Position numbers and translations under genes: made by a program
Origin: a virus
Taxonomy: Duplodnaviria; Caudoviricetes
Direction: 5' to 3' (one strand)
Length of the DNA: 39,283 bases
IMG/VR virus record: IMGVR_UViG_3300017761_005913
Location: 1-39,283 of that record
In this document: piece after piece, positions 27,605-35,422 of the stretch
Layout: each line of letters begins with the position of its first letter
Numbering within the stretch: the first letter of the stretch is position 1
The notes under the pieces: model-generated
Told to the model about the DNA's origin: nothing
The model's input: the letters and a program-made list of their open reading frames with translations, nothing else
Databases searched by the model: none

Positions 27605-29506
27605 ATGTCAGGGACATTCACACTCGATCAGCTCGCCGAGGGAATCCGCGAGCGTCACCTCGGTACAGAAAACCGTCGCCTCATGGAGAAGTGGAACCGC
27701 ACCGGTCTCCTCCGCGGTCTCGAGAGAGATCGCAAGGAGAACATGGCTCGCCTCCTCGAGAACCAGACCGCCCAGATCCTGCGTGAGGCCAACAGCCTCG
27801 GCGCCGGTGGCGGCTCGGCCTCCTCGTCCGGAGACATCCGCGGCTTCACCAACATCGCGTTCCCGATCGTCCGCAGAGTCTTCGGCGGCCTCGTCGCCAA
27901 CGACCTCGTGTCAATCCAGCCGATGAGCCTCCCGTCCGGTCTCCTCTTCTACCTGGACTACACCTACGGCACGAACCGTGGCGGTGGCTCAGGCATTGAC
28001 GGCGACGTCGGAGGCGCCGCCGCAACGTACGTCACTGGTGCCTCGATCTACAACAACCCGACCGGTAAGGGAATCCAGAGCGGATCTCTTGCGGCGGGCG
28101 GCATGTACGACCTGGCGGGCTCCGGCTTCTCGAGGGTCCACTCTTCGACGCCGCTCGGCGTCGCCGCGATCCACGCATCAGGCGCATTCCCGTCAAACAA
28201 CACCTCGATTGTCGCTGGAGCAGTCCTCTCGACATCGGGCGTTGACGGCAAGCTCCTGCAGTTCGACCCGCAGGTCACGAACCTCATTGAGGCCGGCACT
28301 CAGAACTTCAAGGCGGTCTTCCTGAAGCTCGACACCACGAACTTCCCCACCACCGCTCCTCTTGACACGACAATGGCGAAGGACATCGCGCTCTTCCCGA
28401 TCGTTGCTGGTACACCTGCTTCCCTCTCGGCTCCCTCGGCAGCCGTCCAGGGCGGCCTGAATATCCTCAACGTCCGTCGCCTCAACCAGCTCGGTACCTT
28501 CTCGGGCGGCGTCTTCACGGCCAACGCGTTCGTACAGCCCGGTGATTCCAACGCTGCCGTTCTCCTGGTTGTCGGTTCAACGACAGCCGAGGCCGACCTC
28601 GGCTCAGCAGTTGGGGTGTCCTATGTTCAGGGATCAACCCTGAACATCGAGGCCGGCGTTGGTTCTGCACTGACGATCCCGACGTTCGAGTCGAACTTCG
28701 CGGTTGACCCGTCCCCGTCGATCCCTGAGATCGACATCAAGATCGAGTCCATCGCGGTGACCGCTCAGACACGCAAGCTCCGTGCTCGCTGGTCGCCTGA
28801 GCTGGCCCAGGACCTCAATGCGTACCACTCGCTGGACGCCGAGGTCGAGCTCACCCAGATCCTGAGCGAGCAGATCGCCCTTGAGCTGGACCGTGAGATC
28901 CTCAACGACCTGCTCACGCAGGCCTCTGGCGCCAACTACTACTGGTCACGCTCCCCGGGCAAGTTCGTCAACAAGACGAGCGGCGTCGAGGTCACTCGCG
29001 CCTCCACGCTCACCCCGGGTCCGGCCTTCACCGGCACGGTCCGTGAGTGGTACGAGACCTTCGTCGAGACCGTGATTGACGTCGCCAACGAGATCCACAG
29101 GAAGACCCTCCGTGGCTCGGCGAACTTCATCGTGGTCTCCCCGGACGTTGCCACGATCCTGGAGGCCTCCGTCCTCTACCGCCCCGCCTACTCGGTGGAC
29201 GGCAGCGGTCAGGTCGGTGTCCCCTTCCAGATCGGCGCTGAGAAGATCGGTACCCTGTCCAACAGGTTCACGGTCTACAAGGACCCGTACTTCCCGCGTA
29301 ACAAGGTGCTCGTCGGCTTCAAGGGCGGCAGCTACCTCGAGACCGGGTACGTCTACGCTCCTTACGTCCCGCTCATCGTCACCCCGACGATCTTCGCTCC
29401 GGAAGACTTCACGCCGCGTAAGGGTGTCATGACCCGCTACGGCAAGAAGATGGTCCGCAGCGACTTCTACGGCACCGTGACCTGCCTCGACATGAATATC
29501 ATATAG
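27605..29506 (+). CDS. Major capsid protein (T4 gp23-like)
   Basis: LMEKW, LLENQ, PIVRRVF..LVANDLVSIQPMSLPSGLLFYL, TRKLRARWSPELAQDLNAYHSLDAEVELTQILSEQIALELDREIL, YAPYVPL, FTPRKGVMTRYG. AAGGAG SD and strongly C/G-ending codons. Confidence 0.97.
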   Translation: MSGTFTLDQLAEGIRERHLGTENRRLMEKWNRTGLLRGLERDRKENMARLLENQTAQILREANSLGAGGGSASSSGDIRGFTNIAFPIVRRVFGGLVANDLVSIQPMSLPSGLLFYLDYTYGTNRGGGSGIDGDVGGAAATYVTGASIYNNPTGKGIQSGSLAAGGMYDLAGSGFSRVHSSTPLGVAAIHASGAFPSNNTSIVAGAVLSTSGVDGKLLQFDPQVTNLIEAGTQNFKAVFLKLDTTNFPTTAPLDTTMAKDIALFPIVAGTPASLSAPSAAVQGGLNILNVRRLNQLGTFSGGVFTANAFVQPGDSNAAVLLVVGSTTAEADLGSAVGVSYVQGSTLNIEAGVGSALTIPTFESNFAVDPSPSIPEIDIKIESIAVTAQTRKLRARWSPELAQDLNAYHSLDAEVELTQILSEQIALELDREILNDLLTQASGANYYWSRSPGKFVNKTSGVEVTRASTLTPGPAFTGTVREWYETFVETVIDVANEIHRKTLRGSANFIVVSPDVATILEASVLYRPAYSVDGSGQVGVPFQIGAEKIGTLSNRFTVYKDPYFPRNKVLVGFKGGSYLETGYVYAPYVPLIVTPTIFAPEDFTPRKGVMTRYGKKMVRSDFYGTVTCLDMNII

Positions 29507-29560
29507 TTGAACGTAATCTAATCCTCACGGGTTAGGTCGCATCAACCGTTGGTTCACACA

Positions 29561-29596
29561 GCGCCGCCTTCGAAAGAAGGCGGCGTTCGTGTTTTA
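29561..29596 (+). terminator. Intrinsic terminator after the major capsid gene
   Basis: GCGCCGCCTTC-GAAA-GAAGGCGGCGT stem (GNRA loop) followed by TCGTGTTTT. Confidence 0.85.
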
Positions 29597-29619
29597 TGTG
29601 AATGAAGCTGAGAACCAGT

Positions 29620-29626
29620 ATAGTTA
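29620..29626 (+). promoter_or_regulatory. Putative late promoter ATAGTTA
   Basis: Heptamer just downstream of the terminator, 72 nt before ATG 29699. Confidence 0.6.
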
Positions 29627-29631
29627 TCATC

Positions 29632-29701
29632 AAGCCCAATCCAGTGATCACCTGACACCGACGGGGGATTGGAAGCATTCGGAGCATAGGAGGATCACAT
29701 G
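29632..29701 (+). ncRNA. Candidate structured cis-regulatory 5' leader (stem-loop/pseudoknot overlapping the ribosome binding site)
   Basis: CCAATCC(29636-42)/GGATTGG(29666-72) stem; loop GTGATC is complementary to GATCAC (29693-98) between SD and ATG; loop CCGA is complementary to TCGG (29679-82). Confidence 0.4.
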
Positions 29702-30145
29702 CCAAAAGTAACTTATGATGCAGTAAGAGGCCTCATCCAGGAGGCCGGTTCGGGTCTTGACATCGCGGGAGAGCTCCGCGGGACAAAGAAGGAGATAATC
29801 TCAACGACCGCCACACTGACCCTCACGGACTCGGGAGCAGTCCTTGCCCCCACTGCAGGCGCAGCGCAGACATTCACCCTGCCTGCTGTCGCCACAGCAG
29901 CAGGATTCCACGTCACATTCCACGCCGGATCAGCTCAGGCCCACGTCATCAACGGAGGCGGTTCTAAGATCCAGGGAGTAGTCTTCAATAGCGCGAACGG
30001 ATCGACACTCACGAAAACTGCCGTCGCTAACAAGTCATCAATCACCCTGGCTAACCCAGCGGTCGGTGACTACCTGACCATCGTCGGCGATGGCACGAAC
30101 TACTACGTCTTCGGTTGGACCAACGGGACCCCGACTCTCGCGTAA
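29699..30145 (+). CDS. Small beta-rich virion protein (putative head decoration/fibre-type domain)
   Basis: 148 aa; AGGAGG SD; TLTLTDSG..TFTLPA..GDYLTIVGDGTNYYV resembles phage fibre/decoration beta-sandwiches; directly after the MCP with its own promoter and terminator. Confidence 0.6.
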   Translation: MPKVTYDAVRGLIQEAGSGLDIAGELRGTKKEIISTTATLTLTDSGAVLAPTAGAAQTFTLPAVATAAGFHVTFHAGSAQAHVINGGGSKIQGVVFNSANGSTLTKTAVANKSSITLANPAVGDYLTIVGDGTNYYVFGWTNGTPTLA

Positions 30146-30156
30146 GCTTTGATCTT

Positions 30157-30190
30157 CAACGGGTGCCCAATGGGCACCCGTTGTTGTTTT
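30157..30190 (+). terminator. Intrinsic terminator
   Basis: Perfect 12-bp stem CAACGGGTGCCC-AAT-GGGCACCCGTTG followed by TTGTTTT. Confidence 0.85.
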
Positions 30191-30223
30191 AGGGTATAGA
30201 TATTGGACATTGAGGACGAAATA

Positions 30224-31198
30224 GTGAAGCTTACACGTTCCCTTCTTCGTAGAATGATAATTGAAGAAACGAAGAGATCCGTTCCGCACTCGAAGAGGAG
30301 GCTTGTCGATGTCCTCTTCGAGGCCGCTGAGAACCCTGAGACCCTCCAAAAGCTCTCCGACCTCCTTGAGAAGCAGTACCCAGAATTTGTCCAGGGCCTG
30401 ATTGCTCTCCAGAGCGATCCCGAGTTCATTGAGATGATGGCGTCAGGCACTGGGGGCGAGGACACGCTCGTGCTCAGTGAACCCACTATAGCAGTCCAGT
30501 CCCTCTTCCCAATGCAGAACATCATTGGTCTCGATGACAGCCTCCTCTTTGAGCTGAAGAAGCCTCGTGCCGCTGAGCAGCTTGCAGCCGGTGGGGCTTT
30601 CGGGCCGGAAGTCTACGATTACGCTGCAAGGTGGATCATCACTTCTGGTGACAAATATCTCGTGGACGGGCACCACAGGTGGTCAACTGTCTACATGCTC
30701 AACCCGACCTCGTCTGTCAAGGTGAAGAACATCACGAACTTCCCCGAGGGAGCCGACGCCCTGAAGGTCTCACAGTTGATCATCGCTGCCCTGAAGCCCG
30801 GTATCTCGATGGCAAAGCCGAAAGGTATCAACGTCTTCAAGTCAGAGGACGCAACGACGAAAGAATTTATCCTCGCGAACATGACAGACGCTTTCGTAGA
30901 GGCGTTCTCCAAGGGTGCAGGGGTGAAGGCTGACAAGTCTGCGATAGCCGACAAGATTGTCGAGAACATCAACGTTCTGAAGGCGACTAACAGTCCAGGG
31001 AAAACTGGGCAGGGGGCTGACAAGAACGACAGGACCATCATGCCGCAGTACGACGATGGCGGCACGTTCATCGACAAGGCAGTGTCGGGAGAAGTCAACC
31101 TTGACGTGGTGAAGGACGCGCTGAAGGGAGAGTCTAAGGAATCTGTTGACAGCCTCATCATGGAGCGCTGGCAGCGTCTCGCAGGAATTCTGAAGTAA
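30224..31198 (+). CDS. ParB/sulfiredoxin-like domain protein 1 (putative internal head protein)
   Basis: LFPMQ...YLVDGHHRW motif. GTG 30224 after GAGG gives MKLTRSLLRRMIIEE (track start 30203). C-terminus is MERWQRLAGILK. Confidence 0.75.
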   Translation: MKLTRSLLRRMIIEETKRSVPHSKRRLVDVLFEAAENPETLQKLSDLLEKQYPEFVQGLIALQSDPEFIEMMASGTGGEDTLVLSEPTIAVQSLFPMQNIIGLDDSLLFELKKPRAAEQLAAGGAFGPEVYDYAARWIITSGDKYLVDGHHRWSTVYMLNPTSSVKVKNITNFPEGADALKVSQLIIAALKPGISMAKPKGINVFKSEDATTKEFILANMTDAFVEAFSKGAGVKADKSAIADKIVENINVLKATNSPGKTGQGADKNDRTIMPQYDDGGTFIDKAVSGEVNLDVVKDALKGESKESVDSLIMERWQRLAGILK

Positions 31199-31211
31199 GG
31201 AGTTACAAATA

Positions 31212-32168
31212 ATGGACAAGAAGACAAGGCAGCAGCTTCGTAAGATCATCCTCGAGGAGGTCTCCTCAATGAGCAGACCGAGGAAGAGAAGTCTCTCTTC
31301 TTACATCTTTGAGGATGCAGATCCGACAAAGATTGACCCCGCGAGGTTCCCGACAAAGTTGTCAGACTCTGAGAAAGTTGCAGGAATCGACACTTTTGTC
31401 ACGAAGGGTCCGGATGACTCCGCTGGAGTTCCTGATGATGTCGTGAAGACCAGTGACGCGAGCTTCTCTTGCAAGGACCTGAAGCCCTCGCAGTCGAGCA
31501 TGAACATCGACAAGGCAGTCGGGATGGCTCTTGGGATGATCAAGAGCGGGAAGGTCGGCGGCAAGCTCGGAGCCTTCATCTCTCAGGACAACTACATCAT
31601 GGACGGTCACCACCGTTGGATTTCGAGTTTCATGGTCGACCCGTCAGCGTCCATCAGCGGATACAGCGTCAACCTCCCGGGTGAGCAGCTTGTCGCTGCC
31701 CTGAACGCTCTCACGGCAGGTAAGTTCAAGAGGAAGGGAAAGCCCGCTACGGGAGGCTTCGACCAGTTCAAGGACGCCGCAGCAATGAAAGCCGCAGTCG
31801 AAAAGGTCATGAAGGAAGGCGTGAAAGGAAAGGACGACGCTGGAAAGGACGTTGTCTTCGTGACTCCTGAGGAGGCGACCGCAGCGGTGAAGAAATTCGG
31901 CAGTGATCTTGACGGGTGTGTTTCGAAGTTCATGGACAACCTGAAGGGCGCCACGATGACAGTTCCTTCATGGGCTCCCACGAGACCGGACATGCCGGTT
32001 ATTGAGAAGGAAGACGTGCAGGCTGCGATCGACGCTCTCAACAAGGGTGAGATCGACCTCAACCCTCCCTACGCGGAGGGAGATGCTGGAGCCGAGAATG
32101 CGGGCTATGTCAGGAACGGAGGTCTCGTAGAGCGCTGGCAGAAGATGGCGGGCCTCATCAAGGGCTGA
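31212..32168 (+). CDS. ParB/sulfiredoxin-like domain protein 2 (paralogue; putative internal head protein)
   Basis: LKPSQ...YIMDGHHRW; shares RxxMP, GE(V/I)xL and the terminal motifs with the previous gene; TAAGGAG SD. Confidence 0.78.
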   Translation: MDKKTRQQLRKIILEEVSSMSRPRKRSLSSYIFEDADPTKIDPARFPTKLSDSEKVAGIDTFVTKGPDDSAGVPDDVVKTSDASFSCKDLKPSQSSMNIDKAVGMALGMIKSGKVGGKLGAFISQDNYIMDGHHRWISSFMVDPSASISGYSVNLPGEQLVAALNALTAGKFKRKGKPATGGFDQFKDAAAMKAAVEKVMKEGVKGKDDAGKDVVFVTPEEATAAVKKFGSDLDGCVSKFMDNLKGATMTVPSWAPTRPDMPVIEKEDVQAAIDALNKGEIDLNPPYAEGDAGAENAGYVRNGGLVERWQKMAGLIKG

Positions 32169-32175
32169 CAAGTAG

Positions 32176-32198
32176 AGTAAGGGTCTTTGACCCTTGTT
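32176..32198 (+). terminator. Possible weak terminator/hairpin after the ParB-like pair
   Basis: AAGGGTC-TTT-GACCCTT stem extendable by G-U pairs; poor U-tract. Confidence 0.4.
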
Positions 32199-32221
32199 AG
32201 TGAACGTTCGTGTCTTCCGGT

Positions 32222-32228
32222 CTATTTA
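32222..32228 (+). promoter_or_regulatory. Putative late promoter CTATTTA
   Basis: TANTTA core 18 nt before GTG 32247. Confidence 0.5.
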
Positions 32229-32246
32229 GGATAGGGAGATACGAAC

Positions 32247-33416
32247 GTGAGCTTTGCCACCACACTCAGGCCCACGCCTTTCGCTTTCTTCGACTCGGAC
32301 GCGGACTTCCAGTCCGAGGCGGACAGCGTTATTACATTCGTGAAGAGGAAGCTCGGTGACGACGTCCTCTCAGTAGAGCTCACGTCGAAGCAGATATGGG
32401 CCTGCTTCGAGGAGGCGTTCCTCGAGTACGGGGCAATAGTCAACCAGTACCAAGCAAAGTCACAGCTCTCGAACCTGATGGGAGCAGCGACCGGGTCGCT
32501 CACTGGTGGGGAGGCTCGATTTCCGCGCCAGACGCTCGAGTTCGCGCTTCGGATGGCGGAACCCTACATCACATACGCCGGTCTCGGAGGCTCCTACAAC
32601 ACGGTGTCGGGGTCGATCTCCCTCGAGGCGAACAGGCAGGACTATGACCTCTACAGTGACATGAAGCTGTCAGACGGAACCAACGTCTACTCTTCATCTT
32701 TGAACACTGCAAAGGGGAAGATGAGGATCTTTGAGGTCTTCCACTACAACCCACAGGCCGCGTACAGATTCTTTGACACCACGTCAGCGATAAACTACCT
32801 CAACAACGAGTTCAGTTTCGAGTCATTCACGCCAGAGACCGTCTTCTACGTCCTTCCGGTGTTCGAGGACATCCTGAGAGGCGGTCAGATGTCGATGTCG
32901 AATAAGGTGAGAAGGTCGAATTACAGCTACAGGATCACGGGAACCCAGATTCGTATATTCCCTGCCCCGACAGGTGACAGGAATCCAATGAAGCTCTTCT
33001 TCCGAGTCGGCTTCGAGAACAATCCTGTCGCGCCCGCTTTCAATGACCCTTCGATATACGGCGTCAACGGGATACAGAACGCTCCCTTCGGAAACCTCAC
33101 CTACGCGAAGATCAACTCCATCGGCAGGCAGTGGACCCGTCAGTACACTCTTGCGCTGTGCAAAGAGGTCCTCGGCCTCGTGAGATCGAAGTTCAGCTCG
33201 GTTCCCATCCCAGGAGGTGAGCTCCAGCTCAACGGAGCTGACCTCATCAGCCAGGGCAAGGAAGAGAGGGAGAAACTCACCACGCAGCTGAGGGAGCTCC
33301 TCGAGACCCTCACCTACGACAAGCTCCTCGAGGCTCAGGCCACCCAGATAGACAATATCCAGAAGATACTCCGCGGAGTCCCAATTCCGATGGGCCGCGC
33401 CATCATGATAGGCTGA
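32247..33416 (+). CDS. Neck/head-completion protein (T4 gp13-like)
   Basis: RKLGDDVLSVELTSKQIWACFEEA at the N-terminus; WTRQYTLALCKEVLG..KF..PIPGGELQLNG..QGKEEREKL at the C-terminus. Confidence 0.85.
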   Translation: MSFATTLRPTPFAFFDSDADFQSEADSVITFVKRKLGDDVLSVELTSKQIWACFEEAFLEYGAIVNQYQAKSQLSNLMGAATGSLTGGEARFPRQTLEFALRMAEPYITYAGLGGSYNTVSGSISLEANRQDYDLYSDMKLSDGTNVYSSSLNTAKGKMRIFEVFHYNPQAAYRFFDTTSAINYLNNEFSFESFTPETVFYVLPVFEDILRGGQMSMSNKVRRSNYSYRITGTQIRIFPAPTGDRNPMKLFFRVGFENNPVAPAFNDPSIYGVNGIQNAPFGNLTYAKINSIGRQWTRQYTLALCKEVLGLVRSKFSSVPIPGGELQLNGADLISQGKEEREKLTTQLRELLETLTYDKLLEAQATQIDNIQKILRGVPIPMGRAIMIG

Positions 33417-33424
33417 GGTGAATC

Positions 33425-34084
33425 ATGGCAAGGCTCTTCATAACTCCCCGGGAGCTTGACCTCATCTCCGACCTCACGAAGGAGATGATCAAGGACGTTG
33501 CTGGACAGAAGATCTACTACTACCGAGTGAGGGAGGACCTCTCGAACGTGAACTCCCTCTACCGAGAGGCGACGGAGAAAGTGTTCGACCCACCCATGGA
33601 GCTCGAGGCCCTCGTGGAGTGGGGCGAGCTCACCACGAAGACGGCTGGTTACGGAGTCGACGTGACAAACACCGTGACTGTGAGCATTCACTACAGGGAC
33701 CTCCTTGACAAGGACGTCATGGTAAGGGTCGGAGACTACTTCTCTTACGGCGCATCCTACTACGAGGTCTCCGAGGCAGTCCCAATCTCTAAGATATTCG
33801 GGCAGGTCGAGCACTTCACCGGCTACAAGTTGACCGGGAAGTACGCCCGTCAGGGAATTATCGACAAGAAGGTTATCGGTCCCACTGAGGAGTCCTACAC
33901 CGACCCAGACGCGGTGCAGGAGAAGTTCGTGCAGCAGCGAGGAGTGGCCGCCAACGAGGAGGGTCCCACCAACGACAAGAGGGCACTCGTTGACAAGGGA
34001 GTCCTTGACGGTCCTATCACAGGCCCACGGAAGGTCGCTCCTGACTCTCTGGGATCATCGTTCTATGGAGATGAGGATACATAA
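33425..34084 (+). CDS. Neck/head-closure protein (T4 gp14-like)
   Basis: GQKIYYY..NSLYREA..F, VRVGDYF..YYEV; located between gp13-like and gp15-like genes. Confidence 0.7.
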   Translation: MARLFITPRELDLISDLTKEMIKDVAGQKIYYYRVREDLSNVNSLYREATEKVFDPPMELEALVEWGELTTKTAGYGVDVTNTVTVSIHYRDLLDKDVMVRVGDYFSYGASYYEVSEAVPISKIFGQVEHFTGYKLTGKYARQGIIDKKVIGPTEESYTDPDAVQEKFVQQRGVAANEEGPTNDKRALVDKGVLDGPITGPRKVAPDSLGSSFYGDEDT

Positions 34085-35364
34085 TGGCCACCCGTTACGA
34101 TAAAACGAGGGTACAACCAGATGTACTTCCAAGCGGTTACGAGGGTGAAGCGACAAGCGAGATGTCCCTCCCTCCCTGCGGCATCGAGGACGTCGACAGG
34201 GCCTTCTACGACCTCTTCAACGAGAAACTTCCTCTCTTCTACAGGAAGTCGAAGGAGTCGGGTGAGCAGTCACGGATACCTGTCATCTTCGCATCCGGTG
34301 AACGCTTCTCTCTCGTCTCGAAGAAGGAGCCCGTCCGTGACAGGAACGGCGCCCTCATCCTCCCTCTTATCTGGATCACCAGGTCTGGGATGGAACAGGA
34401 CTCGACAAAACAAGGTGGGGTGAGTGACAGGTTCAACGAGATGGTCGTCAGGAAGAGGGTCTCTCCCGATGACGCAGTCTACCAGAACCTGATGAACTCG
34501 AAGAATTTTACCAACGCGCAATTCTCGTCCCTCGGAAAGGGAGAATCCACTAACTTCGAGCTCGAGTCAGGCCGCCTCCTCGACCCAAAGCTTGGGCAGA
34601 ATATCTACGAGGTCTTCGTCATTCCGATGCCGAAGTACTTCACTCTCAAGTACGAGGTCACCATCTGGTGCCAGTACAACCAACAGGCCAACGACATCCT
34701 CAGCACGATACTCGGTTCCTATATCCAACCCGGAAACAGGACAATCAGGGTCGAAACGAAGAAGGGTTACTGGTTCGTGGCATACTTCGACGCCGCCGTG
34801 AACCAGGACAACAACCTCGCCGATTACTCCGACTCCGAGCGCCTCATCAAGGTGGGGCTCACTGCGGAGGTCCCTGGTTACCTCATCCTCCCACAGTTTC
34901 CAGGAGCCTCGAACGGGATGAGGAGCTACGTCTCGGCTCCCTCAATTTCATTCAGCAGCGTTTCAGAGGACGAGATTGACAGCTACGTGGCTCCTATCGA
35001 CAGCGGGAATGCTGACTCCTACGTGCTGAGTGACATTGAGGTCGACGGGTTCCCGAGTATCCCAGACCAGATTGGAATTGCGGGATCTACAATATCAGAG
35101 GTCAAGGCCGGCGGCAGCCGTCCCTACGTGAGGACAGCCCAACCAAACCCAAATCCTGAACTCTCTGGCAGGGGTTCGAACACAGAGCCCGTGATGATAG
35201 GTAAGACAACTCGTGTCAAATCGCAGGACAGATTCGTCACTCTTGACTCTGACCCGTACACGGGGAAGAAAGGAAGGTACAGGTTCAGGGTCACGGACTC
35301 AACTCCCTCGAAAGGTGAGGAGGTCCTGACTATCGACGTACTTGAGAATATCAGGCGACGGTAG
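34084..35364 (+). CDS. Tail terminator/sheath stabiliser (T4 gp15-like)
   Basis: RIPVIFASGERF, LPLIWITRSG, PKYFTLKYEVTIWCQYNQQANDILSTI; TAATG coupling. Confidence 0.75.
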   Translation: MATRYDKTRVQPDVLPSGYEGEATSEMSLPPCGIEDVDRAFYDLFNEKLPLFYRKSKESGEQSRIPVIFASGERFSLVSKKEPVRDRNGALILPLIWITRSGMEQDSTKQGGVSDRFNEMVVRKRVSPDDAVYQNLMNSKNFTNAQFSSLGKGESTNFELESGRLLDPKLGQNIYEVFVIPMPKYFTLKYEVTIWCQYNQQANDILSTILGSYIQPGNRTIRVETKKGYWFVAYFDAAVNQDNNLADYSDSERLIKVGLTAEVPGYLILPQFPGASNGMRSYVSAPSISFSSVSEDEIDSYVAPIDSGNADSYVLSDIEVDGFPSIPDQIGIAGSTISEVKAGGSRPYVRTAQPNPNPELSGRGSNTEPVMIGKTTRVKSQDRFVTLDSDPYTGKKGRYRFRVTDSTPSKGEEVLTIDVLENIRRR

Positions 35365-35385
35365 GGAACCGTGTCGCGTCGGCTA

Positions 35386-35392
35386 ATACTTA
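35386..35392 (+). promoter_or_regulatory. Putative late promoter ATACTTA
   Basis: Intergenic heptamer 30 nt before the sheath ATG; AGGAG SD. Confidence 0.6.
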
Positions 35393-35422
35393 GATCTAGA
35401 TAATCGCTACAGGAGACTGTAA

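Noticed and set aside
29507-29698. tRNA or known ribozyme/riboswitch in the largest intergenic gap
   Set aside because: No cloverleaf with a T-loop, no hammerhead CUGANGA core, and no match by eye to SAM-II/V, preQ1, ZTP or c-di-GMP consensus; kept only as a novel candidate.
30224-32168. Plasmid-like ParABS partition locus
   Set aside because: No ParA ATPase, parS repeats or clear HTH domain in the window; context and terminal tags point to a virion role.
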